Shown here: piece after piece, positions 41,476 through 51,183 of the stretch
Layout: each line of letters starts with the position of its first letter
Position numbering within the stretch: position 1 is the first letter of the stretch
DNA from: Candidatus Margulisiibacteriota bacterium
Lineage (GTDB): Bacteria > Margulisbacteria > Marinamargulisbacteria > JBFWNS01
DNA length: 64,000 bases
NCBI GenBank assembly: GCA_050250935.1
Contig: JBFWNS010000005.1
Location: 11,523 to 75,522 of the forward strand
Reading direction: 5' to 3'
Notes under the pieces: generated by a model
The model's database searches: none
The model's input: only the letters and a program-made list of their open reading frames with translations
Told to the model about the DNA's origin: nothing
Translations under genes and position numbers: made by a program

Positions 41476-43200
41476 TTAGTTTTTTAGGCTTAGCACTTCC
41501 TCTGGCCGATCGGGTTTGAGGTCGTAGTGGTCTATTAGGCTTAGGGCGATGTTTTTGAAAATGGGACAGGCTACGGTGGAGCCCCAAATGCTTTTTTGGG
41601 GTGAATCAGTCACCACCAATACAATGAATCGGGGATTATTGGCTGGGAAGAAGCCCAAAAATGACGCCACATATTTGCCGGGTTCATAGCCTACACCGCC
41701 CCGACGTACTTTTTGGGCTGTTCCGGTTTTGCCGGCAATTGAAAAGCCAGGGATCTTGGTGCTGGTGGCGGTGCCTTTGTCTACGACACCGATCATCATT
41801 TGCGTCATGTCTGCGGCGGTTTTTTCCGAGATAATGTCTCGGCGCTCGACTTTTTCTGGGGCCCGAAGCAAGTGGTGGGTGTTGTCGGTTAAATGGTCGA
41901 TAATTTTGGGTTTAACCCAGGTTCCTTTGTTGGCAATCACATTGCCGGCTGCAATAATCTGCAAAGGCGTCACCGCAATGCCGTGTCCAAACGAAATCAT
42001 GGCAATGTCGGGTACGCTCCACTGCTCTGGATGTCGGACCAGGCCAGCCGATTCGGCAGGCAATTCGATGCCGGTTTTTTGGCCAAATCCAAATTTTAAA
42101 ATATAGGGAAAAAACCGCTTTTCGCCCATTTTAATGGCCCACAACGAGGTCCCAACGTTGAGGGATTCTTTTAAGATTTCGGCTATGGATCGAACCCCTT
42201 CGGACCCGGCGTGGGCTTCGTGGATGGTTCGGGTTCCGATTTCCAAGGTGGCTGGAACATAGATTGCAGAGTCTGGGCGACCAATCTTTTCTTCCAAAAC
42301 CCCTGCCAAGGTGATGATTTTAAACACAGAGCCCGGTTCATAGACATCCACCACATTGGCGTTTCTTCTGGCCCGTTCGGTGCTGTCGGCCAGATGGTTG
42401 GGATCAAATTCGGGGTAAGAGGCCATGGCCAGGATATCCCCGGTTTTACAGTCCATGACAATGGCTTGGCCGCTTTCGGCCAGGTTTTCTTCGATCCCTT
42501 CTCGCAGGAATTTTTGGGTGACATATTGGGTATAGCTGTCCAGGGTGGTGACGACGTGTTTGCCGTCATAAGACGGGTCTACTTCCCGGGTTCCCGATAC
42601 AATCCGAAACCCTCGGGGGTCTCCTTCTAGGATAATTTTTCCGGGAGAGCCTTTCAGGTCCGAATCGCAGGCATATTCCAATCCCCCCAACCCTTGGTTG
42701 TCGATGCCCACAAAGCCCAACACCTGGGCGGCCATGGGACCGTTGGGATAGATGCGTTTTTCCTCTTCAATAAAATCCAATCCTTCGATATTCAGGGCTT
42801 TGAGTTTTTGATAGGTGTCTTTGTCCAGTTTGCGTTTGATCCAAATAAAGGCCAAATTGGGTTCAATGCGCCGATAGACCTGGTCGTAGGACATGCCCAA
42901 CAGTTCGGATACTTGGGCGGCAAAGGCCGCTTTATTTGGGATGGCGGTGGGAATGGCAAAGGCTGAATAGCTGGCTTTGGTAATGGCCAAAGGAACCCCA
43001 TTTCGGTCGAAAATGGTGCCGCGGTGGGGATAGAGCCGAATGACTTTTTTAAGTTGGTCTTCGGATTTTTCTTTGTAAAAATCGTATTTGACCACCTGTA
43101 GATATACCAAACGGCCCAACAAAATGGCGATGAACCCATGAAAGGCAATGGCGTAGATGATAAAGCGTTTAGTGTTGCTGTGGAGCGGGTTCATTGACAT
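41476..43200 (-). CDS. ftsI: Class B penicillin-binding protein (FtsI-like)
   Basis: RGTIFDRNG, EPGSVFK (SxxK), SLN (SxN), KTGTAQ; preceded by an FtsL-like gene. Confidence 0.85.
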   Translation of the reverse strand: MSMNPLHSNTKRFIIYAIAFHGFIAILLGRLVYLQVVKYDFYKEKSEDQLKKVIRLYPHRGTIFDRNGVPLAITKASYSAFAIPTAIPNKAAFAAQVSELLGMSYDQVYRRIEPNLAFIWIKRKLDKDTYQKLKALNIEGLDFIEEEKRIYPNGPMAAQVLGFVGIDNQGLGGLEYACDSDLKGSPGKIILEGDPRGFRIVSGTREVDPSYDGKHVVTTLDSYTQYVTQKFLREGIEENLAESGQAIVMDCKTGDILAMASYPEFDPNHLADSTERARRNANVVDVYEPGSVFKIITLAGVLEEKIGRPDSAIYVPATLEIGTRTIHEAHAGSEGVRSIAEILKESLNVGTSLWAIKMGEKRFFPYILKFGFGQKTGIELPAESAGLVRHPEQWSVPDIAMISFGHGIAVTPLQIIAAGNVIANKGTWVKPKIIDHLTDNTHHLLRAPEKVERRDIISEKTAADMTQMMIGVVDKGTATSTKIPGFSIAGKTGTAQKVRRGGVGYEPGKYVASFLGFFPANNPRFIVLVVTDSPQKSIWGSTVACPIFKNIALSLIDHYDLKPDRPEEVLSLKN

Positions 43201-43459
43201 GGATGTAGCGAATTTCTTTGTTGGGGATTAACCCCAAGGACAAGGCTTTTTTTTCGATGTCGGGCAAATCTTGTCTGGCCAAAACTTCCAGTTGAAGATC
43301 TCGGTTGTCGTGTTCCAGGGTTCTGAGCTGGCCGGTTAGCCGTTGGAGTTCGTCGTTTAAAGTCGCTGTTTTAATCGTTAAAACAATGCTGAGCGTGGCC
43401 ATGATTGCCAAGGCCACAAAGAGGAAAACATAGCGACGTACACGACACCGTTTCGACAT
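43169..43459 (-). CDS. ftsL: Cell division protein, FtsL-like
   Basis: Basic N-terminus, one TM segment, coiled coil, IEKKALSLGL; directly upstream of the PBP gene. Confidence 0.7.
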   Translation of the reverse strand: MSKRCRVRRYVFLFVALAIMATLSIVLTIKTATLNDELQRLTGQLRTLEHDNRDLQLEVLARQDLPDIEKKALSLGLIPNKEIRYIHVNEPAPQQH

Positions 43460-43502
43460 GGACTAGGATTGTATCACAAAATACTGGGGTTAAAACCTGT
43501 TC

Positions 43503-44240
43503 TTAGACCTTTTGGGACCAGCTTGGGTCGCCATATTTGTCTTGGGCCAGACGTAGGGTTTGGGCCAGATAGGGGGCGATGTCGAAAATCGAATGGGCTT
43601 GCCATGTTTTAGTCAGTTTCACTTTTAAGGTTGCTGCATCCAATGGCAGGTTGATTAAAAAATCCGCGTGGCTGCGTTGGTTGCGATAGTCGGGTTGTAT
43701 TTTGGGCAGGGTCAGATAACGGCTGATGGCCCCCAAATCGGCTTTTAATAGGAAAGACCCATGAAAGAGGGTTCCTGTTCGGCCTCGTTTTTGGGCATTG
43801 CCGCAACATTTAAGGAGTGTCCCTGTGGGCGACAGTAAGGCCAGATCGCTGGTGCCTTGAAGGCTGCAGGTCTGGGTTCCCAATAGGGTGTTGATGAGGT
43901 CGCGGTGGCGGGTCATGACGTGGTGGGTGGTTTTGGAGATGCTATTGGTGTCGGGGTGGTCAGCAGGAAAAAACAAGCTGAAATTCAGCATGCCTTTGGC
44001 CTGAAGCACGGTGCCCCCACCGCTGATGCGCCGCAAAATGGGAACACCATCGGCCAGGCATCGGTCCGGATGGCATTCTTCGGCGTAAGATTTTCCATAG
44101 CCCAACACCACCCCTGTTTCTGGGGGTTCCCAGGTCCAAAGTAGGGGATCAGCGCCTGGATAAATCGCAGTTTCCAAGATAATGTCGTCGAAAGCGAGAT
44201 TTTCTGCCAGTTTTGAAAAGCTAAAATCCCTATACTTCAT
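43503..44240 (-). CDS. Lipoate-protein ligase family protein (catalytic domain only)
   Basis: ENLAFDD, RRISGGGTV, KCCGNAQ, HGSFL; divergent from the PDH operon. Confidence 0.85.
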   Translation of the reverse strand: MKYRDFSFSKLAENLAFDDIILETAIYPGADPLLWTWEPPETGVVLGYGKSYAEECHPDRCLADGVPILRRISGGGTVLQAKGMLNFSLFFPADHPDTNSISKTTHHVMTRHRDLINTLLGTQTCSLQGTSDLALLSPTGTLLKCCGNAQKRGRTGTLFHGSFLLKADLGAISRYLTLPKIQPDYRNQRSHADFLINLPLDAATLKVKLTKTWQAHSIFDIAPYLAQTLRLAQDKYGDPSWSQKV

Positions 44241-44375
44241 AAAAAAATCGCATTTTTTGCTTAAACTTCTCTTTCATTTTAAGGGCTATTTTGATAGACT
44301 AATGCAGTTTTCGCGTTTTTTGGTGTTTCAAAATCATAGAAAATTTGCTTTTTTTGCACAAGGAGACCTTTTGAC

Positions 44376-47072
44376 GTGAATCAGCCCCCCTCTAAAGCCC
44401 CCCATTTTGACACCCTTGATATCGAAACCCAGCGTTGTTTGGATTCTTTAAACTATTTGATTCGCTACAAAGGCACCCCAGAAGCTGCCAAATTGGTCCA
44501 AACCTTAACCGAACACCTTCACGACCACGGCCAATCTGTTTCTACGGTTTGTACCACGCCCTATCTTAATACCATTCCTGTTTCCGAGGAACCTGTTTAT
44601 CCCGGCGACGAGACCATCGAAGAAGATCTAGAGCTGTATATGCGTTGGAACGCCGTGGCCATGGTGTTGAAGGCCAACAAAAAACACGAGGGATTGGGCG
44701 GACACATTTCGACCTATGCCTCGTCGGCTACCTTGTACGAGGTTGGATTTAATCATTTCTTTAAGGGAAATGCTGGGGGCCACGAGGCCGATATGGTGTA
44801 TTTTCAGGGCCATGCCTCGCCCGGCAATTATGCCCGCTCTTTCTTGGAAGGGCGCCTTAGCGAAAAACAATTGGGTCATTTCCGCCAAGAATTGGCCGAA
44901 GGGGGTGGACTTTCTTCTTATCCCCATCCCTATTTAATGCCTGATTATTGGCAATTTCCCACCGTTTCGATGGGCTTGGGGCCGATTATGTCGATTTATC
45001 AGGCACGGTTTAACAAGTATTTGATTTCTCGAAACCTGATTCCCGATCATGACCAACACGTTTGGTGTTTTATTGGTGATGGGGAAACCGACGAGCCCGA
45101 GACGTTGGGCGCATTGTCCATTGCCGGACGCGAAGGGGTGGATAACCTTATTTTTGTGGTGAATTGTAATTTGCAACGGCTCGATGGCCCTGTTCGGGGC
45201 AATGGAAAAGTGATTCAAGATTTGGAAGGTGTGTTTAGAGGCGCTGGTTGGAACGTGATTAAGGTGGTTTGGAGCTCGGATTGGGATCCGCTGTTGAAAT
45301 CACCCCAAGCCCCCTTGTTGATTCAACGCATGAATGAAGCGGTGGATGGCGAATTTCAAAAATATGTGGTCGAGCCTGGAAGTTATATGCGCAAACACTT
45401 CTTTGGCAAATACCCCGAGTTGTTGGAGTTGGTGTCGCATTTGAGCGATGACCAACTCAAAAATTTGGCCCGTGGAGGGCATGACCGCAAAAAAGTCTAT
45501 GCCGCCTACAAGCGTGCTGTTGAACACAAGGGTCAACCCACCGTTATTTTGGCCAAAACGGTCAAAGGGTATGGATTGGGTGAAGCAGCCGAGGGCAAAA
45601 ATATCGCTCACCAACAAAAGAAGCTGACCGAAAAAGAACTTCGCGGATTTCGGTCCCGGTTCAAAATTGATCTTGATGATGATGTTGTGACCACCTTGCC
45701 TTTTTTAAAACCCCCTTCTAACAGCCCCGAACATACTTATTTAATGGATCGCCGAAAAGCCCTGGGTGGGTTTTTGCCCGAGCGAAAAGTCGAGGTTCAG
45801 CCCATGGCCTTGCCCGCTTCGGAATTCTATACCGAATTTTTGGGCGATTCTGGGGATAACGAATTGTCCACCACCATGGCCTTTGTTCGAATCTTAAGCA
45901 AATTGTTGCGGGATCCCGGTGTGGCCAAACACATTGTGCCCATAATTCCCGACGAAGGCCGAACCTTTGGGATGGAGTCGCTGTTTCGCCAAATTGGGAT
46001 TTATTCGCCCAAAGGCCAATTGTACGAGCCTGTGGATAGCGATTCGATTTTGTATTACAAAGAGGCCAAGGATGGTCAGATTTTGGAAGAAGGCATTAAT
46101 GAAGCCGGCGCCATTAGCTCGTTTTTAGCGGCTGGAACTTCCTATGCCACCCACGGCATCAACATGATTCCGTTTTATATTTACTATTCGATGTTTGGGT
46201 TTCAGCGCATTGGGGATTCGACGTGGTTGGCTGGCGACATGGGGGCTAAAGGCTTTTTGCTGGGCGGCACGGCCGGGCGCACCACCTTGAACGGGGAAGG
46301 GCTTCAGCACCAGGATGGTCACAGCTTGCTGTTGGCCAGCACCATTCCCAATTGTGTGACCTATGACACCACCTTCCGGTTTGAACTGGCTGTAATTTTG
46401 GAAGACGCTTTAAAGCGGATGTATCAGGACGGGGAATCGGTGTATTACTATCTGACCCTGGGCAACGAAAATTATCCCATGCCCGCCATGCCAGCCACGG
46501 CCAAGGAAGGGATTTTGAAGGGCTTGTATGCTTTTAGTACGTCTGAACTTAAAAAGCCCAAACACCGGGTTCAGTTATTTGGCAGTGGAACCATCCTGAG
46601 AGAGGCCATTAAGGCTGCCGAAATTTTGGAAAAAGACCATGGCATTGCTGCCGATGTGTGGGGCGCCACCAACTATAAACGGTTGCGTCACGAAGCGGTG
46701 GCTGCCCAACGGTGGAATATGTTGCATCCCACTGAAAAACCACAAGCGTCGTATTTGGAAACCACGCTGGCTGGCATTCAAGAAGCGCATCCAGACACCG
46801 TGTTTGTTGCCGTATCGGATTCCATGCGGATTGTGCCTGATCAGATTGCCCCTTGGGTGCCTGGCGGATTGTTCAGCTTGGGGACAGACGGATTTGGTCG
46901 CAGTGAAACTCGAGAGGCCTTAAGACGGTTTTTTGAGGTGGATGCGGCTTCGATTGTGGTGGCGGTGTTGTATCAGCTGGCCCGAAAAGGTCGGGTGACC
47001 ATGGCCGCGGTCCAAAAAGCCATTGTGCAACAGGGACTTGATCCTGAAAAAGTGTTTCCAATCGTTTTATGA
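44376..47072 (+). CDS. aceE: Pyruvate dehydrogenase E1, homodimeric type
   Basis: GGHISTYAS, FQGHASPG, PTVSMGLGP, GDGETDEPE, NLQRLDGPV, GEGLQHQDG, GTDGFGRS. Confidence 0.96.
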   Translation: MNQPPSKAPHFDTLDIETQRCLDSLNYLIRYKGTPEAAKLVQTLTEHLHDHGQSVSTVCTTPYLNTIPVSEEPVYPGDETIEEDLELYMRWNAVAMVLKANKKHEGLGGHISTYASSATLYEVGFNHFFKGNAGGHEADMVYFQGHASPGNYARSFLEGRLSEKQLGHFRQELAEGGGLSSYPHPYLMPDYWQFPTVSMGLGPIMSIYQARFNKYLISRNLIPDHDQHVWCFIGDGETDEPETLGALSIAGREGVDNLIFVVNCNLQRLDGPVRGNGKVIQDLEGVFRGAGWNVIKVVWSSDWDPLLKSPQAPLLIQRMNEAVDGEFQKYVVEPGSYMRKHFFGKYPELLELVSHLSDDQLKNLARGGHDRKKVYAAYKRAVEHKGQPTVILAKTVKGYGLGEAAEGKNIAHQQKKLTEKELRGFRSRFKIDLDDDVVTTLPFLKPPSNSPEHTYLMDRRKALGGFLPERKVEVQPMALPASEFYTEFLGDSGDNELSTTMAFVRILSKLLRDPGVAKHIVPIIPDEGRTFGMESLFRQIGIYSPKGQLYEPVDSDSILYYKEAKDGQILEEGINEAGAISSFLAAGTSYATHGINMIPFYIYYSMFGFQRIGDSTWLAGDMGAKGFLLGGTAGRTTLNGEGLQHQDGHSLLLASTIPNCVTYDTTFRFELAVILEDALKRMYQDGESVYYYLTLGNENYPMPAMPATAKEGILKGLYAFSTSELKKPKHRVQLFGSGTILREAIKAAEILEKDHGIAADVWGATNYKRLRHEAVAAQRWNMLHPTEKPQASYLETTLAGIQEAHPDTVFVAVSDSMRIVPDQIAPWVPGGLFSLGTDGFGRSETREALRRFFEVDAASIVVAVLYQLARKGRVTMAAVQKAIVQQGLDPEKVFPIVL

Positions 47073-47096
47073 CGGATTTAAGAAAGGGCTAAACGT

Positions 47097-48368
47097 ATGA
47101 ATATTCATTTGCCGAATTTGGGGGATGGGGTTGCATCTGCGACGGTATTGTCGATTTTGGTTAAACCGGGTGATGCCGTTCAAAAAGACCAAACCCTTTT
47201 GGAACTCGAAACCGATAAAGCGGTGGCCAGTGTACCTGCCCCAGCTTCTGGAACCATTGAAACGGTTACCGTTAAAACGGGCGATACCGTGGCTACCGGG
47301 GCTTTGGTGATGACGATGGCTGCTGGGGGCGCTGCTGCACCGGAAACGGGCTCTGCGGCTGTTCCTGTAGCAGCGCCACCGTCTTTGGGTGCGGCGCCTG
47401 CACCCGTGGCCCCTGTGGCGGCCATGCCGGCGACGTTTCAGCCAGTTCCCCCTTCTGGGGTCGAGGTGGTTGCTCCGCCTCACCTTCGCAAAATCGCCCA
47501 AGAAATTGGGTTGGATTTGGGACGGGTTCCTGCTCAAGGCGGGCGACTTTCCGGCGAAGATGTTCGTCGTTATATCGCGTATTTACAGTCTTTGGCCGTT
47601 TCTGGGGCTTCTGTGGCTGCGGGTTCGACGGCAGTGGCATCGGGGCCTGCACCCTTGGGTATCGATTTTTCGAAATGGGGCGATGTCACGATTAAACCGG
47701 CCAGTTCCCTTCGCAAAAAAATCGGTCAAAAAATGTCCGAAGCCTGGACCTTACCCCATGTGACCCAGTTTGACGAGGTGGATATTACACCTTTGATGGC
47801 GCTTCGCAAAAAATTACAACCCGACTTTACCAAAAAAGGAGGCAACTTAACCGTTACCATCTTTATTCTGAAAGCGGTGGCCGAAACCCTCAAAAAATTC
47901 CCCAACTTTAACGCGTCTTACGACGAAGCCTTGGGCGATATCATCTACAAAAATTACATCCATTTGGGCGTGGCCGTGGACACAGAATCCGGTCTTTTGG
48001 TGCCTGTCATTCGGGATGTGGATCAAAAATCGCTGTTGGATCTGTCCATTGAACTTTCCGAAATTGCCGAAAAAGCCAGGGCCCGAAAACTGGGCTTGGA
48101 CGACATGCAGGGCGGCACCTTTACGGTGTCCAATTTGGGCAGTTTTGGGGTGGGCCAATTTACGCCCATCATCAACAAGCCTGAAGTGGCCATTCTGGGC
48201 TTGGCCCGTGGGGTTCAGCGCCCTGTTTATATCGATAAAAAACTAGAGCCGCGCATGATGTTGCCGTTGTCCTTGTCCTATGACCACCGCATTATCGATG
48301 GTGGAGACGGGGCCCGGTTTATTCGTGAACTTATCACCCAAATTGAAGCGGCAGGAGCGGAGGCATAA
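47097..48368 (+). CDS. aceF: Dihydrolipoamide acetyltransferase E2 (one lipoyl domain)
   Basis: ETDKA lipoyl motif, PHVTQFDE, GGTFTVSNLG, DHRIIDG. Confidence 0.93.
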   Translation: MNIHLPNLGDGVASATVLSILVKPGDAVQKDQTLLELETDKAVASVPAPASGTIETVTVKTGDTVATGALVMTMAAGGAAAPETGSAAVPVAAPPSLGAAPAPVAPVAAMPATFQPVPPSGVEVVAPPHLRKIAQEIGLDLGRVPAQGGRLSGEDVRRYIAYLQSLAVSGASVAAGSTAVASGPAPLGIDFSKWGDVTIKPASSLRKKIGQKMSEAWTLPHVTQFDEVDITPLMALRKKLQPDFTKKGGNLTVTIFILKAVAETLKKFPNFNASYDEALGDIIYKNYIHLGVAVDTESGLLVPVIRDVDQKSLLDLSIELSEIAEKARARKLGLDDMQGGTFTVSNLGSFGVGQFTPIINKPEVAILGLARGVQRPVYIDKKLEPRMMLPLSLSYDHRIIDGGDGARFIRELITQIEAAGAEA

Positions 48369-48370
48369 CC

Positions 48371-49765
48371 ATGGAAAAACGCAAAGCAGAACTTGTTGTT
48401 GTTGGGGCCGGACCTGGGGGCTATGCCGCCGCTTTTTATGGCGCCGATTTGGGCAAACAGGTGATTTTGGTGGATCAAGCCGATCGGTTGGGTGGGGTGT
48501 GTTTGAATCGGGGTTGTATTCCCTCTAAAGCCCTGCTGCACGCCACCGAATTGATCGAAGAGGCCAAATCGGCCGAAGAAAAAGGCTTGTCGTTTGGTCC
48601 TGTTAAAGTTGAATTGGACAAACTGCGTGCCTGGAAACAAAGCATTATCGACAAATTGTCGGGTGGGATTGCAGGATTGGCCAAAAAACGTAAAGTTGAG
48701 GTGTTAAAAGGGCGGGGTTATTTTGAAAGCAGTACCGTACTTCGGGTGGAAACGGCCGAAGGACAGGTGATGGTGGAGTTTGAAAAGGCCATTGTGGCGG
48801 TTGGGTCTCGGCCTGCCATGCCAGCGGCTTTCGATTTGGGCAGCAAACGTATCATGACCTCGACCGAAGCGTTGGAAATCGAAGACATTCCCCAAACCTT
48901 GCTGGTGGTGGGTGGTGGCTACATTGGCATGGAATTGGGAACGGTTTATGCCAGTTTGGGCAGCCAAGTGACCGTGGTCGAAGCTGGAAAAGCCATTTTG
49001 GCCGGTGCAGACCCCGACTTGGCCAGACCCGTGGTGAATTATGCCAAGGCCCATTTTAAAGAAATTCGACTGGGCGCCAAGGTTCAAAAAATGGCCACTG
49101 CCGGTAAAAAAATTAAAGTGGTCATGGAACACGATGGTAAAACGGTCGAAGACAGTTTTGATCGGGTTTTGGTGTCTATAGGCCGCAGTCCCAACAGCAA
49201 AAATTTGGGATTGGAAAACACCAAGGTCGCCGTGGACGACAAAGGCTTTATTACGGTTAACAAACAACAACAAACGGCCGATGCCAACATCTATGCCATT
49301 GGTGATATTGCCGGTGGGCTGATGTTGGCTCATAAAGCCTCCAAAGAAGCCCGAATCGCTGTTGAGGTTATTTGCGGCCAAAACAGCAGCTTTAATAGCA
49401 TCATTCCTGCCGTGGTCTTTACCCATCCCGAAGTGGCCTGGGCGGGATTAACGGAAACCGAAGCCAAAGCCCAAGGCAAGGTTGTGAAGGTGGCCAAGTT
49501 TCCTTGGGGGGCATCTGGCAGGGCCTTAACCTTGGATGCCAAAGACGGCCTCACCAAGTTGATTATCGATCCCCAAACCGAGCGTATTTTGGGGGTTGGT
49601 ATTGTCGGTCCCCACGCTGGTGATTTGATTGGTGAAGGGGTGTTGGCCATCGAAATGGGTGCCACGGCTGAAGATTTGGCCTTGACGGTTCATCCCCACC
49701 CCACGCTCTCTGAAACCCTCATGGAAAGTGCTGAGGTGTTTTTGGGGCATTGTGTGCATAGTTAA
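48371..49765 (+). CDS. lpdA: Dihydrolipoyl dehydrogenase
   Basis: GAGPGGY, GGVCLNRGCIPSK, GGGYIG, HPHPTLSE. Confidence 0.97.
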   Translation: MEKRKAELVVVGAGPGGYAAAFYGADLGKQVILVDQADRLGGVCLNRGCIPSKALLHATELIEEAKSAEEKGLSFGPVKVELDKLRAWKQSIIDKLSGGIAGLAKKRKVEVLKGRGYFESSTVLRVETAEGQVMVEFEKAIVAVGSRPAMPAAFDLGSKRIMTSTEALEIEDIPQTLLVVGGGYIGMELGTVYASLGSQVTVVEAGKAILAGADPDLARPVVNYAKAHFKEIRLGAKVQKMATAGKKIKVVMEHDGKTVEDSFDRVLVSIGRSPNSKNLGLENTKVAVDDKGFITVNKQQQTADANIYAIGDIAGGLMLAHKASKEARIAVEVICGQNSSFNSIIPAVVFTHPEVAWAGLTETEAKAQGKVVKVAKFPWGASGRALTLDAKDGLTKLIIDPQTERILGVGIVGPHAGDLIGEGVLAIEMGATAEDLALTVHPHPTLSETLMESAEVFLGHCVHS

Positions 49766-49771
49766 TATAAA

Positions 49772-49825
49772 CACAAAGCCAGCGGTTTTGTGGGTCGGAA
49801 TTTGGACTAAATCCAAATTCCTCGC
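49772..49825 (-). repeat. Double-hairpin REP-like element, inverted copy
   Basis: Reverse complement matches 66-119 at 49 of 54 positions. Confidence 0.85.
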
Positions 49826-49909
49826 CCGCAGGGGCTTAACAGGCTTTGGACTGTGACAAGGTTCTCACGTCCTATTAATAACACCCTCGCAAATGCTATA
49901 GTAGGGGCC

Positions 49910-50773
49910 ATGACTTTTAGGCTTCTACGGGTTAAGCATTACATTAAAAACCTGTTTGTTTTTCTACCTTTGTTTTTTGGCGCTCAGTTTGCCCATGGGG
50001 GGTTGGTGATTCGGGCGGCTGTGGTGTTTGTGGCTTTTTGTTTGATGGCCAGCGCGGCTTATATTTTGAACGATATCTTGGACCGGGCCGAAGACCAAAA
50101 TCATCCCAAAAAATCCAAACGGCCCATTGCCAGTGGACAGGTTAAGCCATTCCAGGCTGTTTTGATTGCTTCTGGATTGTTTTTGGGATCTGTAGTGATT
50201 TCGGCAACCGTGGGGATTGGGGCACTTTTTGTGTTGGTGGCCTATGGGGTTCTGAATCTGCTGTACAGCCTTAAGCTTAAACATGTTCCTGTTTTGGATG
50301 TGGTGATGATTGCCATTGGGTTTGTGCTGCGGGTCTTGGCGGGTGCCATTGCGGTTCATATTGTGGCCTCCATGTGGTTGATCTTGTTGACCTTTTTGTT
50401 GGCCCTCTTTTTGGGTTTGGCCAAGCGCCGCGATGATGTGTTGTTGTCCCAAGAAGGGCTCCAAACCCGACGTTGTATTGATGGCTATAACCTCGAATTT
50501 GTGAATGCTTCGATGGTGATGATGGCCAGCGTGGTGGTCGTTAGCTACATTTTTTATACCATTTCGCCTGAAGTTCAGTTGCGTTTTCACACCGACTATC
50601 TGTATTTAACCGTGGTCTATGTGGTTGTTGGGGTGATGCGCTATATGCAATTAACCTTTGTGGAAGAACGCAGCGGCAACCCCACCAGCGTGTTGTGGCG
50701 AGACGGATTTTTACAGCTGACTTTGGGGGCCTGGGTTGCTACCTTTGCCCTGATTATTTACCTTCACCGATGA
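49910..50773 (+). CDS. UbiA-family polyprenyl-phosphate phosphoribosyltransferase (Rv3806c/NoeC-like)
   Basis: IKNLFVF, YILNDILD, HPKKSKRPIASG, YSLKLKHVPVLD, KRRDD; multi-TM. Confidence 0.85.
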   Translation: MTFRLLRVKHYIKNLFVFLPLFFGAQFAHGGLVIRAAVVFVAFCLMASAAYILNDILDRAEDQNHPKKSKRPIASGQVKPFQAVLIASGLFLGSVVISATVGIGALFVLVAYGVLNLLYSLKLKHVPVLDVVMIAIGFVLRVLAGAIAVHIVASMWLILLTFLLALFLGLAKRRDDVLLSQEGLQTRRCIDGYNLEFVNASMVMMASVVVVSYIFYTISPEVQLRFHTDYLYLTVVYVVVGVMRYMQLTFVEERSGNPTSVLWRDGFLQLTLGAWVATFALIIYLHR

Positions 50774-51183
50774 AAAAAGCTTTGAAAAAAACCTTATACT
50801 ACGCCGCTTTTGCCGCCCTTTCGATTGCTTTAAATTTGGGGGCTCAGGTAATGGTGCATGGCCTGTATCGTGGGGTTGGCGAACTTTATTTGGGCCTTGT
50901 GATCGGGACCGGTGTGGGGTTGTTGTCCAAATATGTGTTGGACAAACGCTTTATTTTTGAGGCAGAGGTGGACCGAAAACGGGATCATGCCAAGCTCTTT
51001 TTTTTGTATTCGGTGATGGGTGTGGCCACAACAGCCGTGTTTTGGGGGGCCGAATTGGTCGCTGACTGGGCCTGGACCCATCCCTGGAGTCGCTATATTG
51101 GCGGTGGATTTGGGCTGGTGATGGGGTACTGGATCAAGTATCATTTGGACCGGCGATTTGTGTTTAAAAAACATCCATCATGA
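50770..51183 (+). CDS. GtrA-family flippase-like membrane protein
   Basis: Four TM segments, repeated KYxLDxRFxF; start ATG 50770 overlaps the upstream stop. Confidence 0.8.
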   Translation: MKKALKKTLYYAAFAALSIALNLGAQVMVHGLYRGVGELYLGLVIGTGVGLLSKYVLDKRFIFEAEVDRKRDHAKLFFLYSVMGVATTAVFWGAELVADWAWTHPWSRYIGGGFGLVMGYWIKYHLDRRFVFKKHPS

